Below, in pieces: positions 48,609 through 58,868 of a stretch of DNA of 64,000 bases. Position 1 is the stretch's first letter, and each line of letters opens with the position of its first letter. Made by a program: the position numbers and the translations under genes. Origin of the DNA: an uncultured Acidobacteriia bacterium (GTDB taxonomy: Bacteria; Acidobacteriota; Terriglobia; Bryobacterales; Bryobacteraceae); assembly GCA_903925015.1 (NCBI GenBank), contig CAIYDY010000318.1, positions 11,299 through 75,298 of the forward strand, given 5' to 3'. The notes under the pieces were generated by a model. It ran no database searches, was not told the DNA's origin, and saw nothing but the letters and a program-made list of their open reading frames with translations.

Positions 48609-48723
48609 GGTGTCCACGTAGTCTGAGGTGTCAACTCGGCTACGGGGCCGGGTGCGGGGTACTGTACTAATTCTATCGCGTGTTCCCGGAAGGGACGTAT
48701 ATGAAGTTTCTTATCGGCGGCAT

Positions 48724-50430
48724 TTACCATTTCAATGCCTCGGTCTGCAGGGACCGGATATAGCCCCGCCAACCACCGAAGTGGGTAATCTCGGTGGCAC
48801 CTGGAATGGCGAACGGCTCGCAGATAAAACATTTGACGGTCTGGCCATCGTCGAGGGTGGCCGTGCCGATGCCGAGTGGTGCCGGAACTTCTGCCACAAA
48901 GCTGCCGAAGCGGTCGGTCGGCACAGCCCAGATTTCCAACTCGATGCCTGGACCCGAGAATTCGGGGTCGCGGACCAAGCCTGGCTTCGGGGGAACCGTT
49001 CCGGGCAGCGCGTAGAGCCGATACCCCGAAGCTGTTTTCGCCGCTCGCATCAGCCGGGCACCGCGCGTGGTCAATTGCCAGTTGAGGGGCTGTCCGCTCA
49101 AGTGGGCACCCACCACCGCAACCGGAACACAGCCCGTGGGCGCGGGTACCGTCGCCGATTCCCCGGTAAACAGGGCGCCCAGGGCCAGCAGGGCCTCTTC
49201 GGAAAATGCCGGGCCGATAAACGTGACGCCAAACGGCAGGCCATTCGGGCGCAATCCCGCAGGCACGGCGAGAGCAGCCAAATCCATCAGGTTCACGAAA
49301 TTCGTGTAGTAACCGAGGTTGGTGTTCAGCTGAACCGGATTCGCCGCAATCTCCTCATGGGTGTAAATCGTGCCCGTGGTGGGCAGAAACAGCACGTCCA
49401 TCTGGGCCCAAGCGGCTTCGGCCTCGGCGCAGAGTTCCTTCAGGCGGTATTGGGACTCGAAGGTGTCCACTGCCGTGAATCGCGCCCCGCCTTGGATGAT
49501 GCCGCGAACGACGGGGTCCATCGCGCCGCTGGAATGGTGCACGAATTTTCGGATCGCCGCGAGCCTCTCGGCTACCCACGGCCCGGAATACAACAGTTCG
49601 GCCGCGCTGCGGAAAACCGAAAAATCAATCTCCACCTTGGTGCCGCCCAGTCCCTCCAAACGCGAAACCGCCTGCGCGTAAAGTTCGGCCGCCCCGGTGT
49701 CGCCGAAGAATTCGAGCTGGTCGGCCGCCGGGACGCCGAATCGGAACGGATCCCCGGCTGCCAGCCAAGGCGCAGCGCCTTCACCAGGTCGGGATGTCCT
49801 CGAAAACGGGTCCTCCGGGTCGAAGCGGCGAGTCGCAGCCAGCACGGCTGCCGCCGTTGCGCAAGTCTTGGAAAAGATCGAAACGCAATCCAGTGTCCGG
49901 CAGGCCGGCACGACCCCGGACGTACTCAGCAGCCCGCAAGTCGGTTTCAACCCGATCAACCCGTTGAACGCTGCCGGAACGCGACCCGATCCCGCCGTAT
50001 CGGTGCCAAGAGCGAAATCCACCAAGCCCTGTGCGACCGCCACCGCCGAACCCGAACTGGACCCGCCCGAGATATACGCCGGATTGTAAACACTCGAACA
50101 CGCGCCATACGGTGTCCGCGTTCCCACCAGACCGGTCGCAAACTGGTCCATGTTGGTCTTGCCGATCAACACTGCCCCGGATTCCTCCAACTGGCGGACC
50201 ACCGTAGCACTCACCTCGGGACGGTAGGCGAAGTCGGGACAGGCGGCGGTGGTCGGCATGCCTTCCACGTCGATATTGTCCTTTACCGCAAACGTCAGGC
50301 CCTTGAGCGGCCCCTCGGTTTCCGCATGTGCCAAGGCGCGCTCGCGGGGGAGCACGGAAATCCACGTGGGCGTCAACGGTCCCGCTTCAATGCGGTCGAA
50401 GATGCTGTTGATACGGCTGGCGTTCGTCAT
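48724..50430 (-). CDS. atzF: allophanate hydrolase (amidase-signature family)
   Basis: '[19 protein letters not shown]', '[12 protein letters not shown]' amidase signature, and the AtzF-type C-terminal domain. ATGA overlap with the carboxylase stop. Confidence 0.9.
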   Translation of the reverse strand: MTNASRINSIFDRIEAGPLTPTWISVLPRERALAHAETEGPLKGLTFAVKDNIDVEGMPTTAACPDFAYRPEVSATVVRQLEESGAVLIGKTNMDQFATGLVGTRTPYGACSSVYNPAYISGGSSSGSAVAVAQGLVDFALGTDTAGSGRVPAAFNGLIGLKPTCGLLSTSGVVPACRTLDCVSIFSKTCATAAAVLAATRRFDPEDPFSRTSRPGEGAAPWLAAGDPFRFGVPAADQLEFFGDTGAAELYAQAVSRLEGLGGTKVEIDFSVFRSAAELLYSGPWVAERLAAIRKFVHHSSGAMDPVVRGIIQGGARFTAVDTFESQYRLKELCAEAEAAWAQMDVLFLPTTGTIYTHEEIAANPVQLNTNLGYYTNFVNLMDLAALAVPAGLRPNGLPFGVTFIGPAFSEEALLALGALFTGESATVPAPTGCVPVAVVGAHLSGQPLNWQLTTRGARLMRAAKTASGYRLYALPGTVPPKPGLVRDPEFSGPGIELEIWAVPTDRFGSFVAEVPAPLGIGTATLDDGQTVKCFICEPFAIPGATEITHFGGWRGYIRSLQTEALKW

Positions 50431-53400
50431 GCGACGGGACTCCTTTGGACAGTGACAAGTTTTTGCCCCGCCAAGACCATGGCCCCCGGAGCACAATGGC
50501 GTTGCCGGACCACCCCGGCAACCGGCGAAGTGACGGCAATCTCCATCTTCATCGCCTCCAAAATCAACACCTGCTGGCCAGCCTCAACAACTTGGCCGTC
50601 TTCCACCAGTAACTTCCAAACGGACGCCGTGACCGGCGACAGCACCGGGCTGCAACCTTCCGGCACGCCAGTATCCTCGTCACCCGAGGACCGGCCCGAA
50701 TCCGCCGGTTCCAGGAATTCCGCCTGTCCGGCCGCGGCCCAGCGCTCGCGCTCGGCATCGAACGCGGCCTGCTGGTTGCGCTTGAAATTGCGGGCATCGG
50801 AGTCAATGCCCCCCAAAAACTCGTGGTAACCCTTCAAGCCGAAACGCGTTTCTTCGATCTTCAGCGGATATCGACCACGCGGGAACTCCTCGCGAATCTC
50901 CAGCAGCTCCGCCCCGCTGACGGGATAAAATCGGATCTGGTCGAAGAATCGCAGCAGCCACGGAGTGCCCGGTTGGAACTCCGGCGTGCTGCGGAAGGTG
51001 TTCCACATTTGCACCGTGCGCCCCACGAACTGGTAGCCGCCAGGACCCTCCATGCCATACACACAAAGGTAGGCGCCACCGATGCCGACAGCATTTTCCG
51101 GCGTCCACGTGCGCGCCGGGTTGTACTTTGTGGTCACCAGGCGGTGGCGCGGGTCCACAGGAGTCGCAACCGGAGCTCCGAGGTACACGTCGCCAAGACC
51201 CAACACCAGATAGCTGGCATCAAACACGATGCGGTGCACGTCGTCGACGCTGCCGAGTCCGTTCACCCGCCGGATGAATTCGATATTGCTCGGGCACCAC
51301 GGCGCGTCCGGCCTTACCCCTGTCATGTAGCGGTGGATCGCCAGCTGCGTCGCCGGGTCGTCCCACGAAAGCGGCAGGTGCACAATCCGCGACGGCACGC
51401 TGATTTCGTCCAGATCCGGGATCCGCTGCTCGCAATCATGGATCGCGGCCAGCAGTTCCTCCCTCGGAAGTCGCGAATCATAGTGGATCTGCAGGGACCG
51501 GATGCCCGGCGTGATGTCCACGATACCTCGCAAGTTTGCCGCCCGGATGCCCTCCTCCAGCGCGTGGACCCGGAAACGCAGGTTCATGTCCAACACGTTG
51601 GGGCCGAATTCGACCAGCAGATTCCGATCACCGTCGGCGCGGCACACCATCGCGGGTGCTTTTTCGATAGCCGGGTGCGACTGCAGGATTGGGCCTTCGG
51701 GCGACACCTTGCGGAACCGGATGGTGTCGCCGGGCTTCAACTGGCCCATCTTCCAAAGTTCAGCGTCCACAATCGTCGCCGGACAAACAAAGCCACCCAG
51801 ACTGGGGCCGTCGGGGCCAAGGATCACAGGCATGTCGCCCGTAAAATCTACCGCGCCAATCGCGTAGGCGTTGTCGTGGATGTTCGAGGGGTGCAGTCCG
51901 GCCTCTCCGCCGTCCTTCCGCGCCCATTTCGGTTTTGGCCCGACCAGCCGGACTCCCGTGCGATCGGAATTGTAGTGGACCTTCCAGGACGTGGAGAAGA
52001 ACATCTCGATGTCCTCGTCCAGAAAGAAATCCGGTGCGCCGTGCGGGCCGTAGAGTACGCCAATCTCCCAGGCGTGCGTCAGCACGGGGATCGTGGGGAC
52101 TTCTTCGGCGGAAGCTCCGGTTTCCGTGCCCAGATGCAGCACGTCGCCAGCCCGCAGGCTGCGTCCGAAAGGTCCCCCGAATCCGCCCAGAATGAATGTA
52201 CTCCGACTGCCGAGGTACGACGGGGACTCAATTCCACCTGCCACCGCGAGATAGGCCCGTGCGCCCGGTCCCGCCGAGCTGCCGATCTTGAGAACACTCC
52301 CGGCCCGGACAGCCAGCGGCGTCCAAGGTGAAACCGCATCACCGTCCAGCGTGCTGCCGAAATCCGCCCCGCCCAGAACCACCGTCGTTTCGCAGGAAAA
52401 CTGCAGCGTCGGCCCCATGACCGTGATTTCGAGTCCGGGCGCGCCTTCCGGATTTCCGCAGATCCGGTTCGCGATCCGGAACGACAAACCATCCATGGGT
52501 CCCGAAGGCGGAACGCCCACATGCCAATAACCCAGCCGTCCGGGGTGGTCTTGGACGGTGGTCTGCGTGCCAGGCTCCAGGACGTCGATAGCGCGGCGCA
52601 CGAACGGGAAGTCCTTCAGGAATGCGGTTGTCACGCCACCGGCAGCGAACGCGCCGGACCGAACGATTTGCCCCAGATACCCGACAATGGTCTCCGTGCC
52701 CGAAATCTCGCAACCGTCCAGCGCCTCAGCCAAACGAGCCAGCGCCTCGGCCCGATCCGCACCTTGGACGATGACTTTCGCCAGCATCGGGTCGTAGAAC
52801 GGCGTGACCTCGGTACCGGATTCCACCCAGGTTTCCACCCGCGAGTTCGGCGGCCAAGCCACATGGATCAGCTTTCCGGCGCACGGACGGAAGTTCTTGC
52901 CCGGATCCTCGGCATAGATCCTGGCCTGGATCGACCACCCGCAAGGCTGGATCTCGGACTGGGCCAAAGGAATCGGCTCGCCTGCCGCCACCCGGACCAT
53001 CCACTCCACCAGATCGATGCCGGTGACTTCCTCCGTCACCCCGTGTTCCACTTGCAACCGGGTATTGACTTCCAAGAAGTAGAACTGCGCTGTGGATTGG
53101 TCGTAAATGAATTCGACCGTCCCGGCGGACTGGTAGTTCACCGCCTTGCCCAGCCGGACCGCCGTCTCCAGCAACGACGCCCGCACTTCCGGCGTGATCC
53201 CCGGTGCCGGCGTCTCCTCAATTACCTTCTGGTTTCTGCGCTGGACCGAACAGTCGCGCTCCCCCAGCGCAACCACCGTACACTTGCCATCGCCGAAGAT
53301 CTGGACCTCGATGTGCCGCGCTTGGGAAACAAATTTCTCCACATACAGCCCCGCATGGCCGAAATTGGCCACACTCAGCCGGTGGACGGCGTCGAACGCG

Positions 53401-53933
53401 TCCCGCAGCTCGCCCTCGGAGGCCGCAAGGCGCATGCCGATGCCGCCGCCGCCCGCCGTGCTTTTCAGCATCACCGGGTATCCGATCCCCGCCGCAGCAG
53501 CAACAGCCTCGGCGGAATCCGACAGCAGTTCCGTGCCCGGCAAGATCGGCGCGTTGTTGGCCTGGGCAATCTCCCGCGCCGTGTGTTTCAGCCCGAACGC
53601 ACGCATTTGCCCCGGCGTGGGCCCGATGAAGACGACTCCGGCTTCGGCGCACGCCTCAGCAAACGCCGCGTTCTCACTCAGAAAGCCGTAACCGGGATGG
53701 ATGGCCTCGGCTCCGGTTGTGCGCGCGGCGTCCAGCAATTTCTCAACTGCGAGATAGCTCTGGGCCGCCGGGCCGGGTCCGATGCAGACCGCTTCGTCGG
53801 CTTGCGAGACGTGCAGCGAATGCCTGTCGGCCTCGGAGTAGACGGCGACACTGCGGATTCCCATCCGTCGCAAGGTGCGGATAATCCGGCACGCAATCGC
53901 GCCCCGGTTTGCGATGAGGACTTTCCCGAACAT
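50427..53933 (-). CDS. urea carboxylase-family biotin carboxylase (likely guanidine carboxylase)
   Basis: Biotin carboxylase N-terminus '[20 protein letters not shown]', central KipA/KipI-like (allophanate hydrolase subunit 1/2-like) domains, and C-terminal biotinyl 'EAMKME'. Confidence 0.9.
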   Translation of the reverse strand: MFGKVLIANRGAIACRIIRTLRRMGIRSVAVYSEADRHSLHVSQADEAVCIGPGPAAQSYLAVEKLLDAARTTGAEAIHPGYGFLSENAAFAEACAEAGVVFIGPTPGQMRAFGLKHTAREIAQANNAPILPGTELLSDSAEAVAAAAGIGYPVMLKSTAGGGGIGMRLAASEGELRDAFDAVHRLSVANFGHAGLYVEKFVSQARHIEVQIFGDGKCTVVALGERDCSVQRRNQKVIEETPAPGITPEVRASLLETAVRLGKAVNYQSAGTVEFIYDQSTAQFYFLEVNTRLQVEHGVTEEVTGIDLVEWMVRVAAGEPIPLAQSEIQPCGWSIQARIYAEDPGKNFRPCAGKLIHVAWPPNSRVETWVESGTEVTPFYDPMLAKVIVQGADRAEALARLAEALDGCEISGTETIVGYLGQIVRSGAFAAGGVTTAFLKDFPFVRRAIDVLEPGTQTTVQDHPGRLGYWHVGVPPSGPMDGLSFRIANRICGNPEGAPGLEITVMGPTLQFSCETTVVLGGADFGSTLDGDAVSPWTPLAVRAGSVLKIGSSAGPGARAYLAVAGGIESPSYLGSRSTFILGGFGGPFGRSLRAGDVLHLGTETGASAEEVPTIPVLTHAWEIGVLYGPHGAPDFFLDEDIEMFFSTSWKVHYNSDRTGVRLVGPKPKWARKDGGEAGLHPSNIHDNAYAIGAVDFTGDMPVILGPDGPSLGGFVCPATIVDAELWKMGQLKPGDTIRFRKVSPEGPILQSHPAIEKAPAMVCRADGDRNLLVEFGPNVLDMNLRFRVHALEEGIRAANLRGIVDITPGIRSLQIHYDSRLPREELLAAIHDCEQRIPDLDEISVPSRIVHLPLSWDDPATQLAIHRYMTGVRPDAPWCPSNIEFIRRVNGLGSVDDVHRIVFDASYLVLGLGDVYLGAPVATPVDPRHRLVTTKYNPARTWTPENAVGIGGAYLCVYGMEGPGGYQFVGRTVQMWNTFRSTPEFQPGTPWLLRFFDQIRFYPVSGAELLEIREEFPRGRYPLKIEETRFGLKGYHEFLGGIDSDARNFKRNQQAAFDAERERWAAAGQAEFLEPADSGRSSGDEDTGVPEGCSPVLSPVTASVWKLLVEDGQVVEAGQQVLILEAMKMEIAVTSPVAGVVRQRHCAPGAMVLAGQKLVTVQRSPVA

Positions 53934-54596
53934 TTACTGGACCGGATCCCAGATGAAAACCTCGACCGGGGTCGGGTTGTAGGCGTTGCAGGGGTTGTTC
54001 AGCTGCGGGCAGTTGCTGATCAGCGCAATCACGTCGGTTTCCGCGCGCATCTCCACATACTTGCCCGCGTCCGAAATGCCGTCCTCGAAGGTCAGGCGGC
54101 CATCCGGCGTCACGGGTACATTCATGAAGAAGTTGATGTTGTTCGGGATGTCGCGCTTGTCGAGCTTGGAACCCGCTTGGCCGTGGTCGTATTCGATCAC
54201 CGCTTTCAGGAAGCTGCTGCGGCACGCGTGCATGTGGCGTTTGCCGATGTCGTAGCGCACCATGTTGCTCTCATTCGCGCACGCGCCGCCCAAGGTGTCA
54301 TGCCGCCCGCACGTGTCGGCGGTGATGGTGAGCAGGACGGTCCCGCGGACCGACACCAGTTTCGTGCCGGTCGTTAGATAAATGTTGCGCTGCAACTGGA
54401 TCGTGTCCTGCGCGCTGTAGCGGTCCGAGGTATCCTTCGCGTTGTAGAACAAGGTGTCGGCGGCTTGGTTGCCTTCCAGATCCACAATCCGGAAGGTCTG
54501 CCCGGCGGCGATTTCATGCATCCACGGCTCTCCGGCGGGGACGATGGCGCGGTATACGGCGTCTTTGGGGTCGAGTGTGCTTTCTACAAGGGCCAT
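53934..54596 (-). CDS. urea-carboxylase-associated DUF1989 protein (putative carboxyguanidine deiminase subunit)
   Basis: '[22 protein letters not shown]...RYSAQDT' is the DUF1989 pattern. The stop abuts the carboxylase ATG (TAAATG). Confidence 0.8.
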   Translation of the reverse strand: MALVESTLDPKDAVYRAIVPAGEPWMHEIAAGQTFRIVDLEGNQAADTLFYNAKDTSDRYSAQDTIQLQRNIYLTTGTKLVSVRGTVLLTITADTCGRHDTLGGACANESNMVRYDIGKRHMHACRSSFLKAVIEYDHGQAGSKLDKRDIPNNINFFMNVPVTPDGRLTFEDGISDAGKYVEMRAETDVIALISNCPQLNNPCNAYNPTPVEVFIWDPVQ

Positions 54597-54605
54597 ATGT
54601 GCGTC

Positions 54606-55325
54606 CTAGAGGAAATACCGTTCGGTCAGTGTGAAGCCGCGGCCGTTCTCGGGGCGGGAAATTCGGCAGGGGTCGTCCGGGCCCGGTGCCGGGACGCGCA
54701 GAATCTCGGCGTGGACCGGTTTTGGCGCATAGGCCGGGTTCGGGTCGAGCGGGTGCTGGCAGGTATTCACGATCGCCAGAGTGTTCATTTCGGACCTCAA
54801 GGTCACCTGCGACCCTGCCTTCGAATGCCCCTCGACAAATGTCAGGCCACCGTCGTCCGCCACGGCCAGCTTGCTGAAAAAGTTGATGTTGGCGGTGAGG
54901 TCGCGGGGCGTCAATCCCCACTTGCCCAACTCCACCACAAAGCTGTCGAAACCGTTCTTGTGGTAGCCGTTGCGCGCCGTCTGGTAGTTCAGTTCGCCGT
55001 ATTTGGCTTTCACCAGCGCGGGTCCGGCAACACCGCCAATCGGATCGTGCCAGCCGACCGTATCTTCGGTGATGGAGCAGAGTATCCGCCCCATGTCCGA
55101 GTACAACGCCGTCCCCGCAGTTAGGCGGGAGATATGTTGAGCCTTCAGCGTATCCGGCATGTTGTAGCGTTCCACCGGGAACTCGGAGTTATAGAGCAGA
55201 ACAGCGGCATTGGCCCCGCCTTCGATATCAGTCAACCGAAGCGCCGTGCCGCGTTTCAAGACATGCGACCACGTTGCGCCCGGTTGGATCGTTTCTTCCC
55301 ACAGGAGGACACACGTATCCTTCAT
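54606..55325 (-). CDS. urea-carboxylase-associated DUF1989 protein (putative carboxyguanidine deiminase subunit)
   Basis: 'GTALRLTDIEGGANAAVLLYN...ERYNMPDT' is paralogous to the neighbouring gene. First gene of the operon. Confidence 0.8.
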   Translation of the reverse strand: MKDTCVLLWEETIQPGATWSHVLKRGTALRLTDIEGGANAAVLLYNSEFPVERYNMPDTLKAQHISRLTAGTALYSDMGRILCSITEDTVGWHDPIGGVAGPALVKAKYGELNYQTARNGYHKNGFDSFVVELGKWGLTPRDLTANINFFSKLAVADDGGLTFVEGHSKAGSQVTLRSEMNTLAIVNTCQHPLDPNPAYAPKPVHAEILRVPAPGPDDPCRISRPENGRGFTLTERYFL

Positions 55326-55580
55326 CGATGCAAACCTCGAATATTTCAGTTATGTTTTTGTAGCTTGGGAATGCTGGTTGGAGGGCGGGACTAGCGGGGT
55401 GGGCCGCAGCAGACGTCCATCTTCGTCAACCGCAGGAACACGTCGAGCGCGATCAGCATGCGCGTGTTCCTAGTGGGGAGGGTCCGTGTCACTAAGCACA
55501 GTATTGCACTTGGACGCGGTGGGGCAAAGAAGAAATACTTGATCGGGGGAATCAAAAAATGGGGATGGAGCGGGTCTCGG

Positions 55581-56843
55581 CTACTTCGCCAGCTCACGCG
55601 CCATCTGGTCCCGGTCCAGTTCATTCTCCCAGCGTGCGATCACCACCGTCGCCACCGCATTACCGGTCAAATTTGTCAACGCGCGCACCTGCGACATGAA
55701 CCGATCCACCCCCAACAACAGCGCGATTCCCGCCACAGGCACCGTACCCAGCGACGCCAAGGTCGCCGCCAAGGTGATGAAGCCGCCGCCCGTGACCGCC
55801 GCCGAGCCCTTCGACGTCAGCATCAGCACCAGCAGCAGGATGAATTCCTGGCCCGTCGAAAGCGGCGTATTGGTTGCCTGGGCCACGAAAATTGCAGCGA
55901 TGGTCAGGTAGATCGACGTGCCGTCCAAGTTGAACGAATACCCCGAAGGCACCACCAGTCCCACCACCGGTTTCGCGCACCCCAACGCCTCCAGCTTCCG
56001 CATCAGGCCGGGCAACGCGGTTTCCGACGACGAAGTTCCCAGCACGATCAGGAATTCCTCCTTCAGATAGCGGATCAGCCGGAAAACATTCGCCCCGTGC
56101 GCCTGCGATATCGCCGCCAGGACGATGCAGATGAACAACGCGCTGGTCAGGCAGACGCAACCCATCAACTTGGCCAGCGGAATCAGCGTTTTTAGCCCGA
56201 ATTTGCCCACCGTGAACGCCATCGCGCCGAAGGATCCGATCGGGGCCACCTTCATCACGATCTCCATCACGCCGAACAGCGCGTGGACGAAATTGTCGCA
56301 GCCCGCAATGATGCTGCGGCCCTGCGGGAACTTGCCCAGCGCCACCCCGAACAGGATCGCGATCAGCAGCACCTGCAGGATTTCGCCCTTCGCAAATGCC
56401 CCCGCCATGGTGTCGGGGATCACGTTGAGCAGGAAATCCACCGTATGCAGCGCCTTGCTGGGTCCCGCGTAATCCTGGATGGATTTGGCGTCGAGCGTTG
56501 CCGGATTCACATTCATCCCGGCGCCCGGCTGCAGTACTTTCACCACCACCAGCCCGATCACCAGCGCAAACGTCGTCACAACCTCGAAGTACAGCAGCGA
56601 CTTGACGCCGATCCGGCCCAGCTTCCGCATGTCACCCGCGTTGCCGATCCCGACCACCACCGTACAGAAAATGATCGGCGCGATCAGCATCCGCACCAGC
56701 TTGATAAACCCGTCGCCCAGCGGTTTCATCGACGCGCCCAGCGCCGGATCCACCGCCCCCAGTACCACGCCGAGGATGATTCCGACAAGAACTTGGAAAT
56801 GAAGCGACTTGTAGAACGGCTTCGGCGGTGGGGGCGTGTTCAT
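55581..56843 (-). CDS. dctA: C4-dicarboxylate/amino acid:cation symporter
   Basis: '[20 protein letters not shown]', '[21 protein letters not shown]', 'SSSETALP', '[12 protein letters not shown]' are DAACS/DctA motifs. Confidence 0.9.
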   Translation of the reverse strand: MNTPPPPKPFYKSLHFQVLVGIILGVVLGAVDPALGASMKPLGDGFIKLVRMLIAPIIFCTVVVGIGNAGDMRKLGRIGVKSLLYFEVVTTFALVIGLVVVKVLQPGAGMNVNPATLDAKSIQDYAGPSKALHTVDFLLNVIPDTMAGAFAKGEILQVLLIAILFGVALGKFPQGRSIIAGCDNFVHALFGVMEIVMKVAPIGSFGAMAFTVGKFGLKTLIPLAKLMGCVCLTSALFICIVLAAISQAHGANVFRLIRYLKEEFLIVLGTSSSETALPGLMRKLEALGCAKPVVGLVVPSGYSFNLDGTSIYLTIAAIFVAQATNTPLSTGQEFILLLVLMLTSKGSAAVTGGGFITLAATLASLGTVPVAGIALLLGVDRFMSQVRALTNLTGNAVATVVIARWENELDRDQMARELAK

Positions 56844-56849
56844 GGAAAC

Positions 56850-58838
56850 CTATTTTCCCCTGCCGCTCCCCACAACTAGGCTGCGGACTGACGCCACGCA
56901 CTCGACCGCCTCCGGCAAGGTCGCCAACTCCTCCAGCGACCACCGCATTTTCCGGCTCCAATTTGGATACTCCGCCGTCGTACCGGGCAGGTTTTGCTGC
57001 AACGGCTCGCCGGTCAAATCCTCCTGGTTGATCAACCAGAGATCGGATTCGGATTTCGCAAGGTACTCCAAAACCGCGAGCCGGATTTCCATCGACATCG
57101 TCGGCACCTTCGCAGCGTCCGTTTCATGGTCGGCAGGTAGAAGTTCTTCCGCCAGCAAGGCGTCCAGCAGGCGCTGCCGGTCCCGAATCCTCGATTCCAG
57201 TTGCGCCTGATACGAATCCTGGTCCGTCACCCCCGCCTTCAGCCGCGCCTCGATGTCCTCGCCGGTCCAATAGCCGGTGATTGTCGGCAGGTCGTGGGTT
57301 GTGGTCGAGGCCAGCGCTTGGACTGGATAGTCGGCTGGCCGTTTGAATCCGGCAGCGTCCTGTTCGAAGATCATCAGCCGGTAACTGAGGATACCGAACT
57401 TGGCGAGTGTTTCCCGCACCTCGTTCTCCACCGTGCCCAGGTCCTCGCCCACGATCAGGGTGTTGTTGCGGTGGCTTTCCAGCGCGAGAATGCGCACCAA
57501 ATCCATCGGCCGGTCCTTGACGTAGGCCCCGTTGGCCGCGTTGTGGCCTTCGGGAATCCAGTAGAGGCGGAAAAGGCGCATCACGTGGTCGATGCGCAGC
57601 GCCCCGCCATGCCGCATCGACTTGCGGATCGACTCCGTGTACAACCGGTAGCCATCCTCCAAATGCCGCTTCTGGTTGGGCGGCGGGAAGGACCAGTCCT
57701 GTCCCGAGGGCGAAAAATCATCTGGGGGCGACCCCACGCGGGCACCATTGACGAAGAACGGTCGGTGCGCCCACAGATCGGAGCCGCAGCGGTCGGTCGC
57801 CAGCGCCAAATCGTGGTAAAGTCCGATGCCCATGCCCGACGCGAGGGCGTGTTGCTGGACGGCGGCAATCTGTTGGTCCACCAGCCACTGCAACCAACCA
57901 TGGAACAGGATTTCCCGGGGGTGCGCGGCAGCGAACTGCGCCACAGCCGGACTCGCCGGGTCCTGGAATTCCACGGGCCACTGGGGCCAAACCCAAGTAT
58001 CGGGATTCGCGGCATGCAGATGCTCGTCCAGCGCGCAATATGTGGCGTAGAGGCGGAGCAGGTCGCCTTCCCTGTGGATCCAGTTCCGGCAGGCGGCGTT
58101 CGGCGGGTTGTCGGCGAAGATCCGCTCCAGCGCGCGCCGTTTCAAGGCCGCCACGCGCTCGTACTGGACGATGCCGGTGGCGCGCAGGGCTGCCATCTCG
58201 GCCAACGTTTCCGGTGTTTCGAATTCGGCGCAGATTCCCGCGTACCCCGGCACCGCTTCCACATCGAGGTAGAGGAAATTCCGGTAATAGATGCTGTTGG
58301 GCAGGTAGGGGCTGGCGTTGTAGGGCGTGCGGTTGTGGATGGCGTGCAGCGGATTGAGCGCGATGAAATCGGCGTGGAGGGCGGGAATCGCCCAGTCGAT
58401 CAAATCCCGCAGGTCGCGGAAATCACCGCATCCCCAGTTCCGGCTGGACCGCACGCCGTAGAGTGTCACCCCAAGTCCGGCGCGCCGGAGTTTCGGTGGC
58501 AGTACGGCGGATTCTGGTCCGACGATCAGGCGGAAATCCCCGCCGTTTGCCCGGACTTGGTGGTATCCAAGCGGTAGTTCGTCTGGAATCGACTCAGCGT
58601 CGAGCCGGTGGCCCGATTCCAGTGACAACGCGAAATCCGGTGCTTCCAGCCAAGCCTTGGGTAGCGCCTCCGATTGGCCGGTCACCAGGACCGGCGGCTC
58701 CTCCCCATCGGTATCCGGTCCCAATGCTGTCAGGATTGCAGCGTTGGTCTCAGGCGACGTCCGGTGCTTCTGGCCGAAAATGTCCCAAAATTCCTGCTGG
58801 ATCCCGTGGCGTTCGGCGAGTTGTTCGATGTTCTCCAA
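56850..58838 (-). CDS. malQ: 4-alpha-glucanotransferase (GH77 amylomaltase)
   Basis: 'RNWGCGDFRDLRDLIDWA', 'LRIDHVMRLFRLYWIP', 'IVGEDLGTV', 'TTHDLPT'. TTG start; ends 6 nt before dctA. Confidence 0.85.
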   Translation of the reverse strand: MENIEQLAERHGIQQEFWDIFGQKHRTSPETNAAILTALGPDTDGEEPPVLVTGQSEALPKAWLEAPDFALSLESGHRLDAESIPDELPLGYHQVRANGGDFRLIVGPESAVLPPKLRRAGLGVTLYGVRSSRNWGCGDFRDLRDLIDWAIPALHADFIALNPLHAIHNRTPYNASPYLPNSIYYRNFLYLDVEAVPGYAGICAEFETPETLAEMAALRATGIVQYERVAALKRRALERIFADNPPNAACRNWIHREGDLLRLYATYCALDEHLHAANPDTWVWPQWPVEFQDPASPAVAQFAAAHPREILFHGWLQWLVDQQIAAVQQHALASGMGIGLYHDLALATDRCGSDLWAHRPFFVNGARVGSPPDDFSPSGQDWSFPPPNQKRHLEDGYRLYTESIRKSMRHGGALRIDHVMRLFRLYWIPEGHNAANGAYVKDRPMDLVRILALESHRNNTLIVGEDLGTVENEVRETLAKFGILSYRLMIFEQDAAGFKRPADYPVQALASTTTHDLPTITGYWTGEDIEARLKAGVTDQDSYQAQLESRIRDRQRLLDALLAEELLPADHETDAAKVPTMSMEIRLAVLEYLAKSESDLWLINQEDLTGEPLQQNLPGTTAEYPNWSRKMRWSLEELATLPEAVECVASVRSLVVGSGRGK

Positions 58839-58868
58839 CTACCAGTGTAAACAATGGGTTAGAGGGAA

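Noticed and set aside
55493-55508. Sigma-54-like element TAAGCAC-N4-TTGCA.
   Set aside because: The -24 GG is AG and the spacing is 1 nt short of TGGCAC-N5-TTGC. It also points along the plus strand, where there is no downstream gene.
55326-55580. ykkC/guanidine riboswitch upstream of the carboxylase operon. The plus strand shows vague 'CUAG.GGGG...GGUCCG...ACGCGGUGGGG' similarity.
   Set aside because: The similar blocks are on the wrong strand for the operon, and they deviate from the consensus at most conserved positions. The correct strand shows no match.
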